Positions 63,587 to 64,000 of a stretch of 64,000 bases of DNA are shown one piece after another. Under the pieces are notes generated by a model. The model was not told the origin of the DNA. It saw only the letters and a program-made list of their open reading frames with translations, and ran no database searches. This stretch comes from Camelus ferus (taxonomy: Eukaryota), in the NCBI RefSeq assembly GCF_009834535.1, contig NC_045698.1, forward strand, positions 13,146,001-13,210,000. The letters are read 5' to 3'. The position numbers and the translations under genes are program-made. The number at the start of each line of letters is the position of its first letter. Within the stretch, counting starts at the first letter, position 1.

Positions 63587-64000
63587 TCCTTAATATATTT
63601 GGTAAACATTTTAGCATAGGAAAGTGTAATTCTTCGAAATACTTTTGATTATTGACCAATTTGAGGACCTCTTTAAAACAATAACAAATAATGGCATTTG
63701 TAAAGACTGGACTCCACTCTGACAGAGGAAAATGTTATCTTGCTCTGCACTATGAACCAATGGCTTACACTTTTGACTGGCCCCAAATTGCCAATCAGCA
63801 AGTTTTTTTTGTTTGTTTGCTTGGTTTTTGTTTTGCTTGAAATTTGACTGTAGAAATCTATTTAGGATAAGAAAGTATTATAAAAATTGAAATCAATATT
63901 AAAAATTAAAATTATCTTCTCTAATTTTTATAAAAAAGATCAGAATTATCAAAAGTGAATAAATTAATATATAAATTACTATATCATTATATAAATTAAT

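Noticed and set aside
1..64000. CRISPR array, prokaryotic operon or defence system
   Set aside because: There are no regularly spaced direct repeats and no gene-dense coding structure. The sequence is mammalian repeat-rich non-coding DNA.

Overview
AT-rich, CpG-depleted eukaryotic (eutherian mammal) non-coding DNA, either intergenic or deep intronic. A tRNA-Ala-derived SINE matching my recollection of camelid Vic-1, plus the L1 3' tails, suggests a camelid genome (inference). I could not identify any protein-coding gene, functional RNA gene or CRISPR array. The ORF track is short chance ORFs plus decayed transposon frames (hAT transposase at ~33 kb, L1 endonuclease at ~63 kb). Much of the window is transposon fossils: young and old L1, L2, MIR, MaLR/ERV solo LTRs and hAT DNA transposons. 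Family names come from recalled consensus sequences, not a database search, and old-repeat boundaries are approximate. I found no convincing novel biological system. The best-supported observations are retrotransposition footprints readable directly from the sequence: (i) an L1 carrying a polyadenylated LTR-like 3' transduction inside one 12-bp TSD (27455-28168); (ii) a twin-primed L1 with only a 24-bp 5' inversion and visible primer complementarity (41955-42235); (iii) a 44-bp L1 tail nested in an MLT1A LTR; (iv) a SINE with a duplicated tail module. Also noted: two back-to-back exon-like units on opposite strands (~5.3-5.5 kb), several perfect inverted repeats, and repeat-poor blocks that may be regulatory.
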